A stretch of DNA of 64,000 nucleotides from the human T2T-CHM13v2.0 reference genome, Homo sapiens (GCF_009914755.1 NC_060941.1); one strand, 5' to 3'. Shown: positions 39,712-56,197, counted from the first letter of the stretch. Notes: generated by a model not told the origin, from the sequence alone. Program-made: numbers and translations.

Positions 39712-42700
39712 CCCAATTTTCTCCTGGGGATTTCTGGGGAAGAGGCGCTTCGGCCAGCACAGCAAATCCTCAGACACCTGTGGAATACCCAATGGAAACA
39801 AGTGGCACAGAGCAGATGGATGTGACAACGAGTGGGGAAGCATTGGCACCACTTCCAATACGACAGCCGAACTCTGGGCCATACAAAAAACAAGCTTTTC
39901 CCATGATCTCCAAACGGCCAGAGCACCTGCGTATGAATCTATGCCACAGCAATGCTTTTAATGAATTTAAGGCAAAAAAGGTGGAGAGGCCGATGTGTGA
40001 GCATCCTACAGGGTGAAACAAGACTCAAAGTGACAATTTCAGAGAGTCAGTGTCATTACATAGAACACTTTGGACAGAGGAAAAATAAACATGGATTTTA
40101 AAAAAATCAATCAATCGTGCAAAAAAACTTAAAGCAAAATAGTACTGCTGAACACTCAGGCACATCAATTAATTGTTTCCTCGTGACATCTTCTCAACCT
40201 TATCAAGGATTTTCATGTTGATGACTCGAAACTGACAGTATTAAGGGTAGGATGTTGCTTCTGAATCACTGTTGAGTTCTAACTGTGTCGAAGAAGGGTT
40301 ATCCTTTCATTAGGCAAAGTACAAAATTGCCTATAATACTTGCAACTAAGGACAAATTAGCATGCAAGCTTGGTCAAACTTTTTCCAGCAACATGGAATC
40401 AAAGACAAAAGAAACTTACCAATTGATGTTTTACGTGAACATAACCTGAATCTTTTTTTATATAAATATATATTTTTCAAGTAGATTTTTGATTCAGCTC
40501 ATTATGAAAAACATCCCAAACTTTAAAATGCGAAATTATTAGTTGGTGTGAAGAAAGCCAAACAACTTCCGTTTCTTCTCTTGGTGAAATAATAAAATGC
40601 AAATGAATCATTGTTAACCACATCTGTGGCTCGTTCGAGGGACTGGGGTGGACCTGGGGTTTATTTTCAGTAACCCAGCTGCAATACTCGTCTGTAATAT
40701 GAGAAAAAAAAAGAATCTATTTAATCATTTCTACTTGCAGTACTGCTATGTGCTAAGCTTAACTGGAAGCCTTGGAATGGGCATAAGTTGTATGTCCTAC
40801 ATTTCATCATTGTCCCGGGCCTGCATTGCACTGGAAAAAAAATCGCCACCTGTTCTTACACCAGTATTTGGTTCAAGACGCCAAATGTGTTCAGCCCATG
40901 GCTGAAGAACAACAGAAGAGAGTCAGGATAAAAAATACATACTGCGGTCGGCAAGGTGAGAGAGATAGGGATATCCAGGGGAAGAGGGTGTTGCTGTGGC
41001 CCACTCTCTGTCTAATCTCTTCACAGCAAATTGGTAAGATTTTCAGTTTTATTTCTTTCTACTGTTTCTACTGTCTACCTTCCTTATATTTTTCTCCTCA
41101 ACAGTTTTAAAAAGAAAAAAAGGTCTATTTTTTTTTCTCCTATACTGGGGCTACATTTTTTTATTGTAAAAATATTTGATGGCCTTTTGATGAATGTCTT
41201 CCACAGTAAATAAGAAAACTTAGTGGCTTCATTTAGGAAACATGTTAACAGGACACTATGTTTTTGAAATTATAACCAAATCTACATAAATGATTTACAG
41301 GTACAAAGAATAAAAGTAAAGGTAACTTTACCTTCCTTAAATATTTCCTGCCTTAAAGAGAGCATTTCCATGACTTTAGCTAGTGAAAGGGTTTAATATC
41401 TGCAGAGCTTTGTAAAAATATATTTCAGTGCATACTGGTATAACAGATGATCATGCAGTTGCAGTTGAGTTTTACCACCTCTTTTTGTTTGTCTTTTATA
41501 ATGTCTTCAGTCTGAGCATGCAGTCAATCTGTAATATTTTGCAACCCTAGGATTTTTTCAAATAGATCCTTTTTGAGCCATAGGATCCAAGCCATAAAAT
41601 TCTTTATGCATGATGAATTCAGTCAGAAAAGAGCAAGGCTTTGCTTTTTGAAATTGCAACTCAAATGAGATGGGATGAAATCCTATGACAGTAAGCAAAA
41701 ACAGAACCATGAAAAATGATTGGAAATATACCTTTTCAATTGTGGCAATAATTGAAAGAATCGATAAAAGTTCATCTTTGGACAGAAAGCCTTTTAAAAA
41801 AAATCACTCCCTCTTCCCCCTCCTCCCTTATTGCAGCAGCCTACTGAGAACTTTATGACTGTTGCTGGTAACTTAGAAGCTACAATAATAATTAAGGGCA
41901 GAAATTATACTTAAAGTGTAGATCCTTGTTCTCTGACAATTTGTGATGTCTGAAAAAACAGAACCTGAAAAGCTATGGTGACGTGTACAGGCATTATTTC
42001 AGACTGTAAATGGCTTGTGATACTCTTGATACTTGTTTTCAAATATGTTTACTAACTGTAGTGTTGACTGCCTGACCAAATTCCAGTGAAACTTATACAC
42101 CAAAATATTCCTCCTAGGTCCTATTTGCTAGTAACATGAGCACTGTGATTGGCTGGCTATAACCACCCCAGTTAAACCATTTTGATAATTAGTAGTGCCA
42201 GCAATAGTGGCAAACGCTGCAACTTTTCTGCATAAAAAGCATTAATTGCACAGCTACCATCCACACAAATACATAGTTTTTCTGACTTCACATTTATTAA
42301 GTGAAATTAATTTCCCATGCTGTGGAAAGTTTATTGAGAACTTGTTTCATAAATGGATATCCCTACTATGACTGTGAAAACGTGTCAAGTGTCACATTAG
42401 TGTCACAGAAAGCACACACCCGTGCAATATGCCTTATCTATCTTTATTTGTAAAAATCCAAGCATAGTTTAAAATATGAAGTCAATATTACCAGTCTTCA
42501 GTTTCTAAGAGGGTTCTTTATGATTATACTAAGTGTATAAAAGAGTTTAAGTGCTTTCTTTTTCATCACTTACTTTCTTTAAAATCAGCTATTACAGGAT
42601 TTTTTTTATTTTATACATGCTGTTTTTTAAGTAAAATATAATCACTGAATTGAAGTTTACTAATTTGATTTTATAAGGTTTGTAGCATTACAGAATAACT

Positions 42701-43440
42701 AAACTGGGACTTATAAACCAGCTGTGATTAACAATGTAAAGTATTAATTATTGAACTTTGAACCAGATTTTTAGGAAAATTATGTTCTTTTTCCCCTTTT
42801 ATGGTCTTAACTAATTTGAATCCTTCAAGAAGGATTTTTCCATACTATTTTTTGAGATAGAAGATAATTTGAGGGGAGGGGTGGAGGATGCATGTATGAT
42901 ACTCCAAAATGTCAACATTCTTTACTATAGGTAATAAGTGATTATAAACAAGATGCATTTTAGATAGCATTAATATATTGAGCCTTGGATTATATATTTG
43001 ATATAGGACCTGTTTTGAATATTCAGTTAATCATATGGTTCCTAGTTTACAAGAAGAGCTAGATCTAAGATTATTCCCATGAGAAATGTTGAATTTATGA
43101 AGAATAGATTTTGAGGCTTTGAAAATGGTTAATTTCTCAAAAACATCAATGTCCAAACATCTACCTTTTTTCATAGGAGTAGACACTAGCAAGCTGGACA
43201 AACTATCATAAAAGTATTTGTCACACATAACCTGTGGTCTGTTGTTGATTAATACAGTACTTTTTCTTGTGTGATTCTTAACATTATAGCACAAGTATTA
43301 TCTCAGTGGATTATCTGGAATAACATCTGAAAGATGGGTTCGTGTATGTTTGTGTTTGCGCTTTAAATTATTGTTTCTCCTATCCCAAGTTGGCTTTGCA
43401 TCTATCAGTAAATAAAACTATTCAGCTGCGTTATCAGGAG
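39712..43440 (+). pseudogene. RPS6KB1-like terminal exon 15 with ~3.5 kb 3' UTR
   Basis: FSPGDFWGRGASASTANPQTPVEYPMETSG...KRPEHLRMNL; the parental stop position reads TGC (39942-39944); a long repeat-free AT-rich UTR follows; 3' end approximate. Confidence 0.9.
43411..43416 (+). terminator. Probable distal polyadenylation signal (AATAAA) of the RPS6KB1-like 3' UTR
   Basis: AATAAA followed ~25-60 nt later by GT/T-rich sequence (gtgctgtgcttttctgcttttc). Confidence 0.6.
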
Positions 43441-45203
43441 TGCTGTGCTTTTCTGCTTTTCATCTTGTATTTAGTTTACTGTATTATTTGATTTTGGATT
43501 GAATGAATGTAAATAGAAATTAAATGCAAATTTGAATGAACATAAAATAGAAGTGATTTTTTTTATTATCCTGATAGGAAGAAATTAGTATACATATCAG
43601 GTGTATAAATGGTTTAAATAATTTATTTTCATTAACATGTCAGATGTGTTCAAGTTGTCATATAAATAAACTGTGTGTAAGGAATGGGTTAAAAGCTGTT
43701 CTGCTGAGAAATTGAAGCTATTTAAGTATATAACAAGTTTTAGTATTGATTTTTATGTTAGATGTTACACATCTTTGTTTTTCAACTTATAGTCACGTAG
43801 TAGACATGAATTATTTACTTAAAAAAATACATGTAACAACCTATGTGAAAACTAGCCTCATAAAAAACTCTAGGAAGACCTTCTTGTGCTAACAATCAAC
43901 AATTTGTTCAGCCACACTTGGTCAGCTACATTTGATAATTTGGTATGTATGCACAAAATAACGTAGTGAACTAATCTGTTTTAACTCATGTCTCAATATA
44001 TCTAGTGTGAGCTGGGTATTTTGCATGAACCACTTCTTACCTGTGAGGTAATTATATCACACTTAGCAAGGGGATTTCTCTACAGAAGCTCTCAAACTGA
44101 CTTTACCTTGCTATACAACATAGTAGCGTATCAATACTGGTAAAACAATCTTTTAGAAGTCATGATCTGAATTCACAGAGTAAATGGGTTTCTGAATCTA
44201 TATTACCTTTTTTTGAGGTGAAGGAATAGCGGGATGGAAGAAATACTTCCAGTTCATCAGCATTGTTATTGGATGGCATAGCTCCATTAGATTTTCTCCC
44301 TTTTCAATTTATAGGTAAACTGCATTCCAAAAAAACCCCACCATGCACCTCCTTGGTTCTTTAATCACATTAAGAAACAGTGCTGTCTGAATAGTTACAG
44401 GGTAAGCAAATGTATTAAATAGGTATTGTAATAGGGCTGAAGTAAAATGCTATTCTTGTGTTTGAACAGGAAGTCATCTTGGCTATCCTTCACAGCCGAA
44501 TTGTAATCCCAAACTGCTTTTCTCACCCATCCTCTGCTGTATACCTAAATAATACAACTATTAGCATCACCACGAAGCCATTTAAATAATATTTGTAGTG
44601 GGTCTCAAAGTAGATAATAGAGTGAAATATACTGTAATTGAATATAATTGTACTTAGAACCTGGTAGTATTTACCTGGAGAAAAAAAGGTACAGGCTTCC
44701 TAATGGTCGCTTGTCAATTTGGATGGCCATACAGTCATGAAAGTGCCTTCTATAGCCAGTTGGTCAGTATCCTTATTAATCCATGTGCTGGTTTAGCTTT
44801 TGTCTTATCAGTACAGCAAATCTGTTTTCTACCTCTGCTTCCTAAGTTCTCCTTTCTACCACCTTTTCCTCGACTACAAACTGATAGATGCACTCTAAAC
44901 TTAGATATAACCAGTAGCAGCCCTTCAGACATGTTTTAGATTTCAGATTCCTCCTTAGAGGTAACACGGGGAGAAAAGTGCTTCATTCCCTTTTCTAGCA
45001 CCCTGCACAAATACCTAGAGGCGAAAAACCACACTATCAAAACCTCATGACCACCTCTCAGTGCAAGCTTTAATCTTCCAATTGATGGTGAGTCAAGCAT
45101 AACATTCCAAAACTTTTATGGAGAAGACTATAAGGGCAATTCTTTTCTAAGATTTTAGGGCATCTGTCTTGAAACTTTTTAATTTTTTTTTATATAGAGA
45201 TAG

Positions 45204-45374
<171 letters not shown>

Positions 45375-45486
45375 TAATAGTTACCTCAAGATACTCCATG
45401 GTACTACACAAAAAGCATGATCATGAACATTAAAGCTGATGGCAGGAAGAATTTATGAGGTCCACAGACAAAATGAATTTAAATCA

Positions 45487-45492
45487 TTTATT
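45487..45492 (-). terminator. Candidate poly(A) signal of the RNFT1-like 3' UTR
   Basis: TTTATT on + (AATAAA on -), ~600 nt after the stop; a second candidate lies at 45734-45739. Confidence 0.4.
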
Positions 45493-46087
45493 TTCACTGA
45501 TTACTAGTCATACTACAGAGAATAATACAATATTAAAATGTATCATCCTCGGTAAATTAATCTTCACTTAGAAAATCTGTTACTGATAAAATATAACATT
45601 TAGAACTTTCATTTAAAAATACAAATTTTATGAAAATATTAAGAATTTTTAGGATGGGAATTAAAAAGTCAATGCTGAAAGCAGAATTCTACTTTTAGAT
45701 AGTATGTATCTTAAAATATTATGAAAAATATTCTTTATTCTGAAAACAATGCTGGAAAGAATACCTGAGTTCTCTAAAACCACTAGTTCTAGTTTCAAAT
45801 TGCTGTTTTGGTAATATTAAGAAAACACATTTACAATTTAACACTGCAGTTACCTGTCAAATAATTAGAATAGAATGTTGCATATACATTAGGTTGAACA
45901 TTATATATATTTTAAAACACAGGGTGGTTTCATTTAATCTTTTGGTGAATTGGACCGTTAAGTCTTACATTCTAAAACCATCTGGAAACATTTTTCTGGT
46001 AGCCCCGAAAATCCATTCTGATGCCTTATCGGTAGTCATTATGACCAAATGACATTAGTATTTTGTGGCCTTAATAGTTTATACAAC

Positions 46088-46222
46088 TTAATAATTTTGA
46101 AGGTGTGATGAAGTGGCTCCATCTTTCCATTTGTTTATATGGTCTGAAATCACAGCTCTGCAGAGTGGACATGTTTTCTCTCTGTTAAACCATAAGGTAA
46201 TGCACTCTTCACAAAATATATG
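46088..46222 (-). pseudogene. RNFT1-like exon 9 coding part (second half of RING)
   Basis: cag|[44 protein letters not shown]. Confidence 0.94.
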
Positions 46223-46230
46223 CTGTAATG

Positions 46231-46928
<698 letters not shown>

Positions 46929-47874
46929 TTAAATTTTATACTTGATAATCATTTTAAGTCCATCACACTGTAGGGAATGAAAGGGATTTTTTTTTTTTTT
47001 TTTTGAGATGGAGACTGAAGACTTGCTCTGTCCACCCAGGCCGGAGTGCAATGGCGCCATCTCGACTCACTGCAACCTCCGCCCCCCGGGGTTCAAGCGA
47101 TTCTCCTGCCTAAGCCTCCCAAGTTGCCGGGGTTACAGGTGACTGCCACTACCATGCCCAGCTAGTTTTTGTATTTTTAGTAGAGACAGGGTTTCACCGT
47201 GTTGGTCAGGCTGGTCTTGAACTCCCGACCTCAGGTGATGCACCCACCTCAGCCTCCCAAAGTGCTGGGATTACAGGCGTGAGCCACTGCATCCGGCCTG
47301 AAAGGGATTTTGAAGAGCACTAATCCCCTCATTTTACAATTGTGAAAATGGAGAACGTATGAGACATTCAAGAAGACAAAGAGCAGTATGATTGGTAGAG
47401 CCACTAGTGTTCTGACTGTACCATCCATTTAACCATAAAAGCGATCCTTAGGTGACACCTTTAAGATTAAGTATGATAACAGCTTAAAGTCTTTGAGTTA
47501 CTAGTAACTGCCATAAAGTATAGGAAAGGGCCACAATCCAGTAACAAATGTCAGTATTGTTCTAAATGACTAGTATCCAATTATAAAAATTGCCTGTTTT
47601 TTAATCACTTTGGTATTCAATCTGCCAGTTGAATTATTTTTTCCCCATTCATATACTCCTCTGCATAAAAATCATCAGAACATAAGGGACAAAACTTAGC
47701 CAATCCACCAATCCCCTGATCATGAATAAATTACTAGTATGTACCCTGAATGCTACCTTACACTAAACACTAGACTTTTTTTTTTTTTTTTGCCTTACAA
47801 CAAACATAAATGTGACTTTTGCAAGTCACAGAGAAGTGTTGCATTTAGGTTTTTAAATTTAAAAATATAATTAC

Positions 47875-47976
47875 CTGACAGATGAGAAGAATTGGCTTCT
47901 GAAATTCAGCTTGACATATTGAACAAGTACCATCCACATCTGAACACTGTCTCTTGCTGGCAGCCACTCCATAACT
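47875..47976 (-). pseudogene. RNFT1-like exon 8 (102 nt; first half of RING)
   Basis: SYGVAASKRQCSDVDGTCSICQAEFQKPILLICQ; AG/GT boundaries. Confidence 0.93.
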
Positions 47977-48353
47977 CTATGAAGATAGTAAGTTCTGTTA
48001 ATCTACAAATTTCTTTCTTTCCTATTCCTCTAATTACATAAGTGATACCGTACTTCTCCAATCTCCCTGGAACCAGGCATTTAAAAACCTTCCCAAAGGA
48101 TACAAACATTTCAAAGCTGAACCACATATACAGAACCACCTCTCGAGTGCACCAAGATGAAATCATTAAATAATACATCACAGGATTTTGGAAGATTGTT
48201 AGATCTACTAGCTTTACAAAGGATGATAGTGCTTCAAATTCAACATAACTGGCTTAAGAGACTAAGCAGTCTGAAATGTAACTATTATAAAATCTATAGC
48301 CATGTATTATTTGACCCAGGACTGCCAAATTGAGCTAACTTATTACCTACAGC

Positions 48354-48551
48354 AGTGGTTCATAAAGTCGATCCAGCCAGAGCTTGGCTGGCTGAATGTA
48401 ACTCATGTGGAAAGCTTGCTTTAAAAATAGATTTCTCTGTTCCACACAATATTGATTCTGTAGGACCAGACATACTGGGATGTGACCCAGTAATCTATTA
48501 TTTGAAAGGTCTCCAAGTGAGTGCAATATGAAGAAGACTTAGGGACCACTG
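48354..48551. mobile_element. MER5-like DNA transposon remnant
   Basis: cagtggttc...gggaccactg terminal inverted ends with internal tgattctgtagg. Confidence 0.65.
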
Positions 48552-50321
48552 AAGAGTGTTCTGCCACTAGGTCTAAAAATTATTATTCCAAATTATAAAA
48601 AGCATTTAGTGCTAAAAATGAATGATAAAGTGTTACAGAGAAACTGCAATTGTAAATATCGCTTGGGTAGAATAACTACTGTCAAAACGAACTGAACAAA
48701 AATGCAATTATTTGAATTTTCTTCTCTTCGAATGTCCTAATAACAAGTTTCTGGTCTCTAAGATTTTAACTTCCTCACCAGATTCAGAACTTAATCATTA
48801 ACTAGATGTGATGTTAATAACCCTCAGTGAAATTTGGAGAAATCAAAATGTTACAAATGAAACCTTCTTTCTGTAGAAATGATGGGGAAGAGGCAACTAA
48901 AGAGATGTAAGAACACCCAAGTTCAGTCACGGTCATGAGGGTAAAGAGTTATCTAAACTTCTTGTACTAAAACGTCTCAGGCTAACAACATCAAAATCAA
49001 AGTAAAACTCAAAGGATAAAGATATTAAAAATTAAGGTTTTTTGAGACTGGTGATAAAGATTTCAGAAACAAGTCAGGATACTGTTAGATGATCTTGGTG
49101 TCAATTTCCCTTCAGTAAGGTGTCATTTAGCAAAGTACATTTGCAGATAATTATGCTGACAAGCTTTTAAGACATTACTCATCTGGCATCTTGGAGACTC
49201 CCTCTCCAGAGAGTAACTGCCATTTCCCTGGTAAAGGAGACTTGAACAAGTCAAAGTATTGATGACTGATATCCTCTCTATAGTTTGTCTCAGAGAAAGA
49301 ATATCAGGGTATTTTCTTGAGAGTATTTTGGCACAAATCTTACAAGACCAATTATAGTAAAATGGTTGATGCTCACATAATCATCAGTTGAATTGACTTG
49401 GACAAAGCTGAACTCTCAGAATTTTATTATGTCTTGTCTAGTGAAAGAAGCTTGCATAGGATGTAGCAAAGTTTGTTTCTACATTGCTAACTCTATCTTA
49501 GGGAAAAGATGCCCTGGCTGGTTAGTCTGGTTTACTTTGTAGACATAATCCTTTTTTTATTTTTATTTTATATTATTCGGTTGGCATTCTTTTAAGTCAG
49601 TCTCCTTGAGCCCTGATGAAATGACTGCAAAGTTGAGAATCAAACCCCGAAATCTGGTGACCACACGTAGGTACTGGGAACCTTTCAGGCTACTAAATAG
49701 TAAATTAGGGTTCTCTATGACATCCTTTCACTGCAATTTGCAACATCAATAGAATCACATAATAATGTTATAAATGACACCACAGTCTCAATTAATTGTT
49801 AAATTTCATGCCATGAACTTACTTGTGCACATAAAATCGAGCAATGGGGAAATTTGCTCCAGTAAGAAAACTTCAAGAGACATGATTTTTGGCAATGAGC
49901 TTTCTAAACATACAAAATAAATTACAGTGGAAGGATTTTCACAGGTGAATAAGGAGTTAATAGGAACACACAAAGCCCCATTTGTGAATTAAAAAAGAGG
50001 AACAAAAGTTCATAAGATTTTTAAGGGTTTATAAGTCCTTAAAAATGTCAAATGGATTGAAGGGGCAAGAAACAAGTTCAAATATATAAGTACTGCAACA
50101 ATTAGCAGGTGGTTGTCAATGTGTGATTCAAGAATCTGATCATAGAGATAAAACTCCTAAATTATTATAGCCCCAAGTGCCAAAGTACTAGAAAACAGTC
50201 AAAGTAAAAGAAAAGGATCATCTATTTATGAAATCCATTCTTGTAAAACTGCTGAACTAAAAAACTTTTTGCAATGAAGAAAGGTGAAGGTGTTTTTCTT
50301 ACCTGATAAAAAGTACTTAAC

Positions 50322-50387
50322 TGGTCATGTAAAAAATATTCGTAAAACCTGTCTGAAAGTTCTCAGATGCCCAAAAAATTCCAAAAG
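50322..50387 (-). pseudogene. RNFT1-like exon 7 (66 nt; nonsense codon)
   Basis: LLEFFGHLRTFRQVLRIFFT*P (TGA at 50327-50325). Confidence 0.92.
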
Positions 50388-51062
50388 CTGAAAAGGGAAA
50401 TAAGAGATCATTTATTAATTCAAACAGTCCTATCTGCTAAACCCAAAAACCAAAGCTGAAATCCCATAACATCAAATCCTTATATTAACTTAATGCTCAT
50501 TATATGTCACAACTAATCATTTTGTGCTGAATATTTTATTCAATTTATAGATTTGAGCCATCTCAATCAGGCTGAAGTACATTTAAATGCCTAGAGTAAC
50601 AATTTGATCAAGACAAATACAAATGTAACTATGTCAAAGTCAAAGCAATTTTATCTGATTCACACGTTTTTAACATTTACATTTTAAAGTTTCATAAAGT
50701 GATTATTAGGTTGAGGGGCGCAGGCATGGAGAGAACAGGACAAGATACTCTACTAGTTTAAGAATTATGTATATGACAGTGTTACTATTGAGGATGGGTA
50801 TGTTCTATTCCAGTTGTTTTCCCTACTTAGATAATCCATGCTATGTGAAGGTCTACTCCCCTTCCCTCCAATGAAAACTGAAACCGCTGGATTAAGATAG
50901 TCTATTTCTGTTTCTCTATTTCTAAATAAATATAGAACCTGCTATTACTTCAAACTAGTGATACAAAGATAAACTATAAAACTGTGAAAGAGGAAAATAG
51001 TAGTATGTATCAGTAATCATTAATATGAATCATGCAGTGACAAGATTTGTAATGTTACCTAC

Positions 51063-51221
51063 TTTTAGTACGAGGTAAAGTAAAGCCAGCAATATCCTAA
51101 GACTCCGTCTAGTTACATTACCAAACTCCCCATAGCTTATAAGGTAGTGAAACCAAACTAGTATGGGAACAAAAGTTCGGTAGTATTGATACAATTCTTC
51201 TAAAAGCATATACCAGTAACC
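51063..51221 (-). pseudogene. RNFT1-like exon 6 (159 nt)
   Basis: GYWYMLLEELYQYYRTFVPILVWFHYLISYGEFGNVTRRSLRILLALLYLVLK; AG/GT boundaries. Confidence 0.93.
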
Positions 51222-51455
51222 CTAAAAAATAAGGAAAAAGAAAACAAATAGAGCTACCCAAACTACCTAACTACATAGCACAAACAATACTAGACTGAGA
51301 ACACTGAGTATATGATACAATAATATAAATAACTATAAAATTAATCTTCATAATGATTACGACTGAACCTCAAGCTGGTTCTCACATATTACAGTCACTG
51401 AGTGGGCTGCTTTGAAAGAATTTCTAGGCTGGATGCGGTGGCTCCCAGCACTTCA

Positions 51456-51759
<304 letters not shown>

Positions 51760-52138
51760 CTATATATGTTTTTGCTGGTTATAAAAATTTTAAAGTTTTT
51801 ATTGCATATGGGAAACCACTGAATAATTGTATATAGTCAACTGTCAATTGATAATGCCCTGGACAACAGAAGTACCAATCTAAATAGTTTCCCATATATG
51901 ATGTGGGGACTGATTTTAAAATTATTCTGAAGCAAATATAATTCTGATTTTATCCAAATAGGTTAATATTCAGGTTCAAGTGCTTGAACAAATGGTTGCC
52001 AGGCTGAAATAATACAGATAATTAAAGCTAGTTAGCAAACTGAAAAATTGCAAAAGGAGGATTCATTTAAACAAAGACTAAATAGCATTAATGTGATTAG
52101 TTAACATCACTGCAATAAAGCATAAGTTAGTTTCTTAC

Positions 52139-52292
52139 CTTAGATTTAAAAGGCATGATGAAAGAAGGCACCAATAAGATAAGGCATTTTAAGCTCATGA
52201 AAAAGAATTTCAGAATGAAGTCTGTAATTCCAATAATCCAAAGTACTTCCCAGAAGCTCAAATGGTCCAAAATAGGATATAAAAAAATTCAG
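52139..52292 (-). pseudogene. RNFT1-like exon 5 (154 nt; acceptor GG, in-frame TGA)
   Basis: ggtgg|C TGA ATT TTT TTA...; IFLYPILDHLSFWEVLWIIGITDFILKFFFMSLKCLILLVPSFIMPFKSK|gtaag. Confidence 0.92.
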
Positions 52293-52782
52293 CCACCAAA
52301 AGAAAATCATCAAAATTTACCAGAGCAACATACAAAGGTAAAGTATTAAGAAAGAGTTTTAATTTGCTACAAATATTTTATTTTGATATGTAAAAAATAT
52401 GAATTTGGCAGGATGTCAGAGTTCACATTAATGGAATGGAGGATCATTTTGCTTATTTTAAAGAGATTTTTAAAATGTTTGGAATTTAGATCTTCCCTTC
52501 ATAGAATAAGGAAAAAGTCTTCACAGTTTGTCATAGTTGACACCTTTCTAGCCTGTAAACAAAAAAAAACTCATCAATACCAGACATCTCCCATGTTTTT
52601 CTTCACCAATTCCAATCAGGATTCCATCTCTTCCTTTCAGTGAATTGCTTGTCAAGATCATCAACTCCCTCTGTATGGCTAAATTTCAAGGTCACTTCTC
52701 TTTTTCCGTCTTCCCTCCCTGAATAATTTTCTTTCTAGACTTTTAACACAACAGTCGTCTATTTCTCATATTTCACTGCTGA

Positions 52783-53130
<348 letters not shown>

Positions 53131-53876
53131 TGATTCACCCAACTCGGCCTCCCAAAGTGCTGGGATTACAGGCTTGAGCCACCGCGCCTGGCCCCAGTCC
53201 TGTGGTTTTTAAATATCAACCATGTGCTCCTGATACCAAAATTTATAGCCCTAACCTCTACCCTGAGTTCATGACATATATTTGGAACCACTTTCTTACC
53301 AATTCTACTTAGCCTCTCAAACTTAACATGTTCAAAACAAAATTATTGATTTTTCTCCAGTTGCTTAGACTAAAAACCCAGAGGTCATTCTTGCTTCTCT
53401 CCACCCACCTACCCAATCCAGTCCATCTGAGGGATACTGGCTCCACCTCCAAACTATATCCCAGATTTGCCCATCTCTCCAACTCCAGTGAAATCTGGTC
53501 TTCTAATATTCTGGTAAAAGCTGAAGATTCAGAATACTCCCATTTGACATGGAAACTTATCAGCTACTGTCATTTAGTAAGTGTTCTTACTTTCAGAAAA
53601 AAAGACCAACAATAACAACCTAATGGTACTTAAAAATTATGGAATATATAAACAAAAACTCAGGTATCAAAAATTAAATATTTATTGAGCATCTGCTATG
53701 TGCCAAAGCACTGGGGATACAAAATCTGAATAAGTTACGTAAAGCTCTTGCTTATGAGGCCGGGTGCAGTGGCTCACACCTGTAATCCCAGAACTTTGGG
53801 AGGTCAAGGCAGGTGGATCATGAGGTCAGGACTTCAAGACCAGTCTGACCAACATGGTGAAACCCCATTTCTACTA

Positions 53877-54074
<198 letters not shown>

Positions 54075-54184
54075 TTAAAAACTGAACTGATTGAATACAA
54101 TAAGTACTATGTGAAGTAAGGTACAAAGTGCTATGAAACATGATTACATTAAAAATGTAATTGTGTATTTGGACCTCTAATTAC

Positions 54185-54285
54185 CTGTAATAAAGTGACT
54201 GAGAATGAAAGGTGTAATATAAAAGAACAGAAGATCCTGCTAAGAATACCAGTAACCAAGCACACTGAATCTTTGAGGACCTTTC
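54185..54285 (-). pseudogene. RNFT1-like exon 4 (101 nt)
   Basis: ERSSKIQCAWLLVFLAGSSVLLYYTFHSQSLYY; AG/GT boundaries. Confidence 0.93.
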
Positions 54286-55659
54286 CTGAAAGGTAAACAA
54301 TTTTATAATGTTACTTTGATTTTGCCAGAATTTTAAATATCATTAAACTGTTTTACTTTAATGACTATTAACTTAGAACATTTTTCTAAATCTTAATATA
54401 GAATATCTGTTAAACTGTACATAATCATCAGTTACTTTGTTTTATACAACTTTAGTGACCAAACAGAACTATTATATTAAACAAATGTTTAAAACACAAG
54501 TTTCTTCACCGTATGAAAAACATTACCTATGTTTCAAAGAAGCCAAATCTTCTCTCAAAAAAAAAAAAAAAACAAGAAAATTAAATTAAAAAAAAAAAAA
54601 AAAGCCAGGTCCTCTACAAGCTGACATAAAGGACTCACCCAGGACGGGCGCAGTGGCTCACACCTGCAATCCCAGCACTTTGGGAGGCCGAGGTCGGCGG
54701 ATCGCTTGAGGTCAGGAGTTTGTGACCAGCCTACCCAACATGGTGAAACCCATCTCTACTAAAAAAAAATACAAAAGTTAGCCAGGTGCCATGGCACGCG
54801 CATATGATACCAGCTACCCAGGAGGCTGAGGCATGAGAATCGCTTGAACGCAGGAGGCAGAGGTTGTAGTGAGCCAAGATCACGCCACTGCACTCCAGCC
54901 TGGGCGACAGAGCGAAACTCCATCTCAGAAAAAAAATGGACCCACCCACAAAAGAAAATTTCAAAATGCATTTTAACCTTGACTCGTCAAGGTTTATATT
55001 TTTAAAATTCTCAGATTATAACAATTTAATAAATTAATCTGTTTTAATCTTACTTTTTTTTTAATATGGCTTCTTGACACATTGCCCAGAACTCCTAGGC
55101 TCAAGCCTTCTTCCCAACTCAGCTTCCCAAGTAATTGTAATCTCTTTTTTTTTTTTTTTTTTTTTGTGACACAGGGTCTCACTCTTTCACCCAGACTGGA
55201 GTGCAGTGGCATGATCACAACTCACTGCAGCCCTGACCACCTGGGCTCAGGCAATCCTCCCACCTCAGCCTCCTAGATAACAGAGATTACAGGCATGTGC
55301 CACCACGCCCACTAATTTTTTGATTTTTTGTAGAGATGGGGTTTTGCCATGTTGTCCAGGCTGGTCTTCAATTCCTAGGCTCAAGCAATCTGCCCATCTC
55401 AGCCTCCCAAAGTGCTGCATTACAGGCATGAGACACTGTGCCTTGCCTGTAATCTCACTTTTAAAGTCAAGTTAAATGAAAAGTTTTACTAATTTTAAAT
55501 CATTAAGATTTTTCTAGTTTGATAGGCTGAACTATAGATTTCCAGGTCAGAATGCATGATACTTTACACAGACATAGCCATTTAAAGTTGCCTTAAGGTG
55601 AAATTTTAGAAACTCATCCTATTTTTTCCCAATGATTTATATGACTAGGGCTTGAGTAA

Positions 55660-56197
<538 letters not shown>

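Noticed and set aside
52155-52349. 64-aa + strand ORF
   Set aside because: It is the antisense reading of RNFT1-like exon 5.
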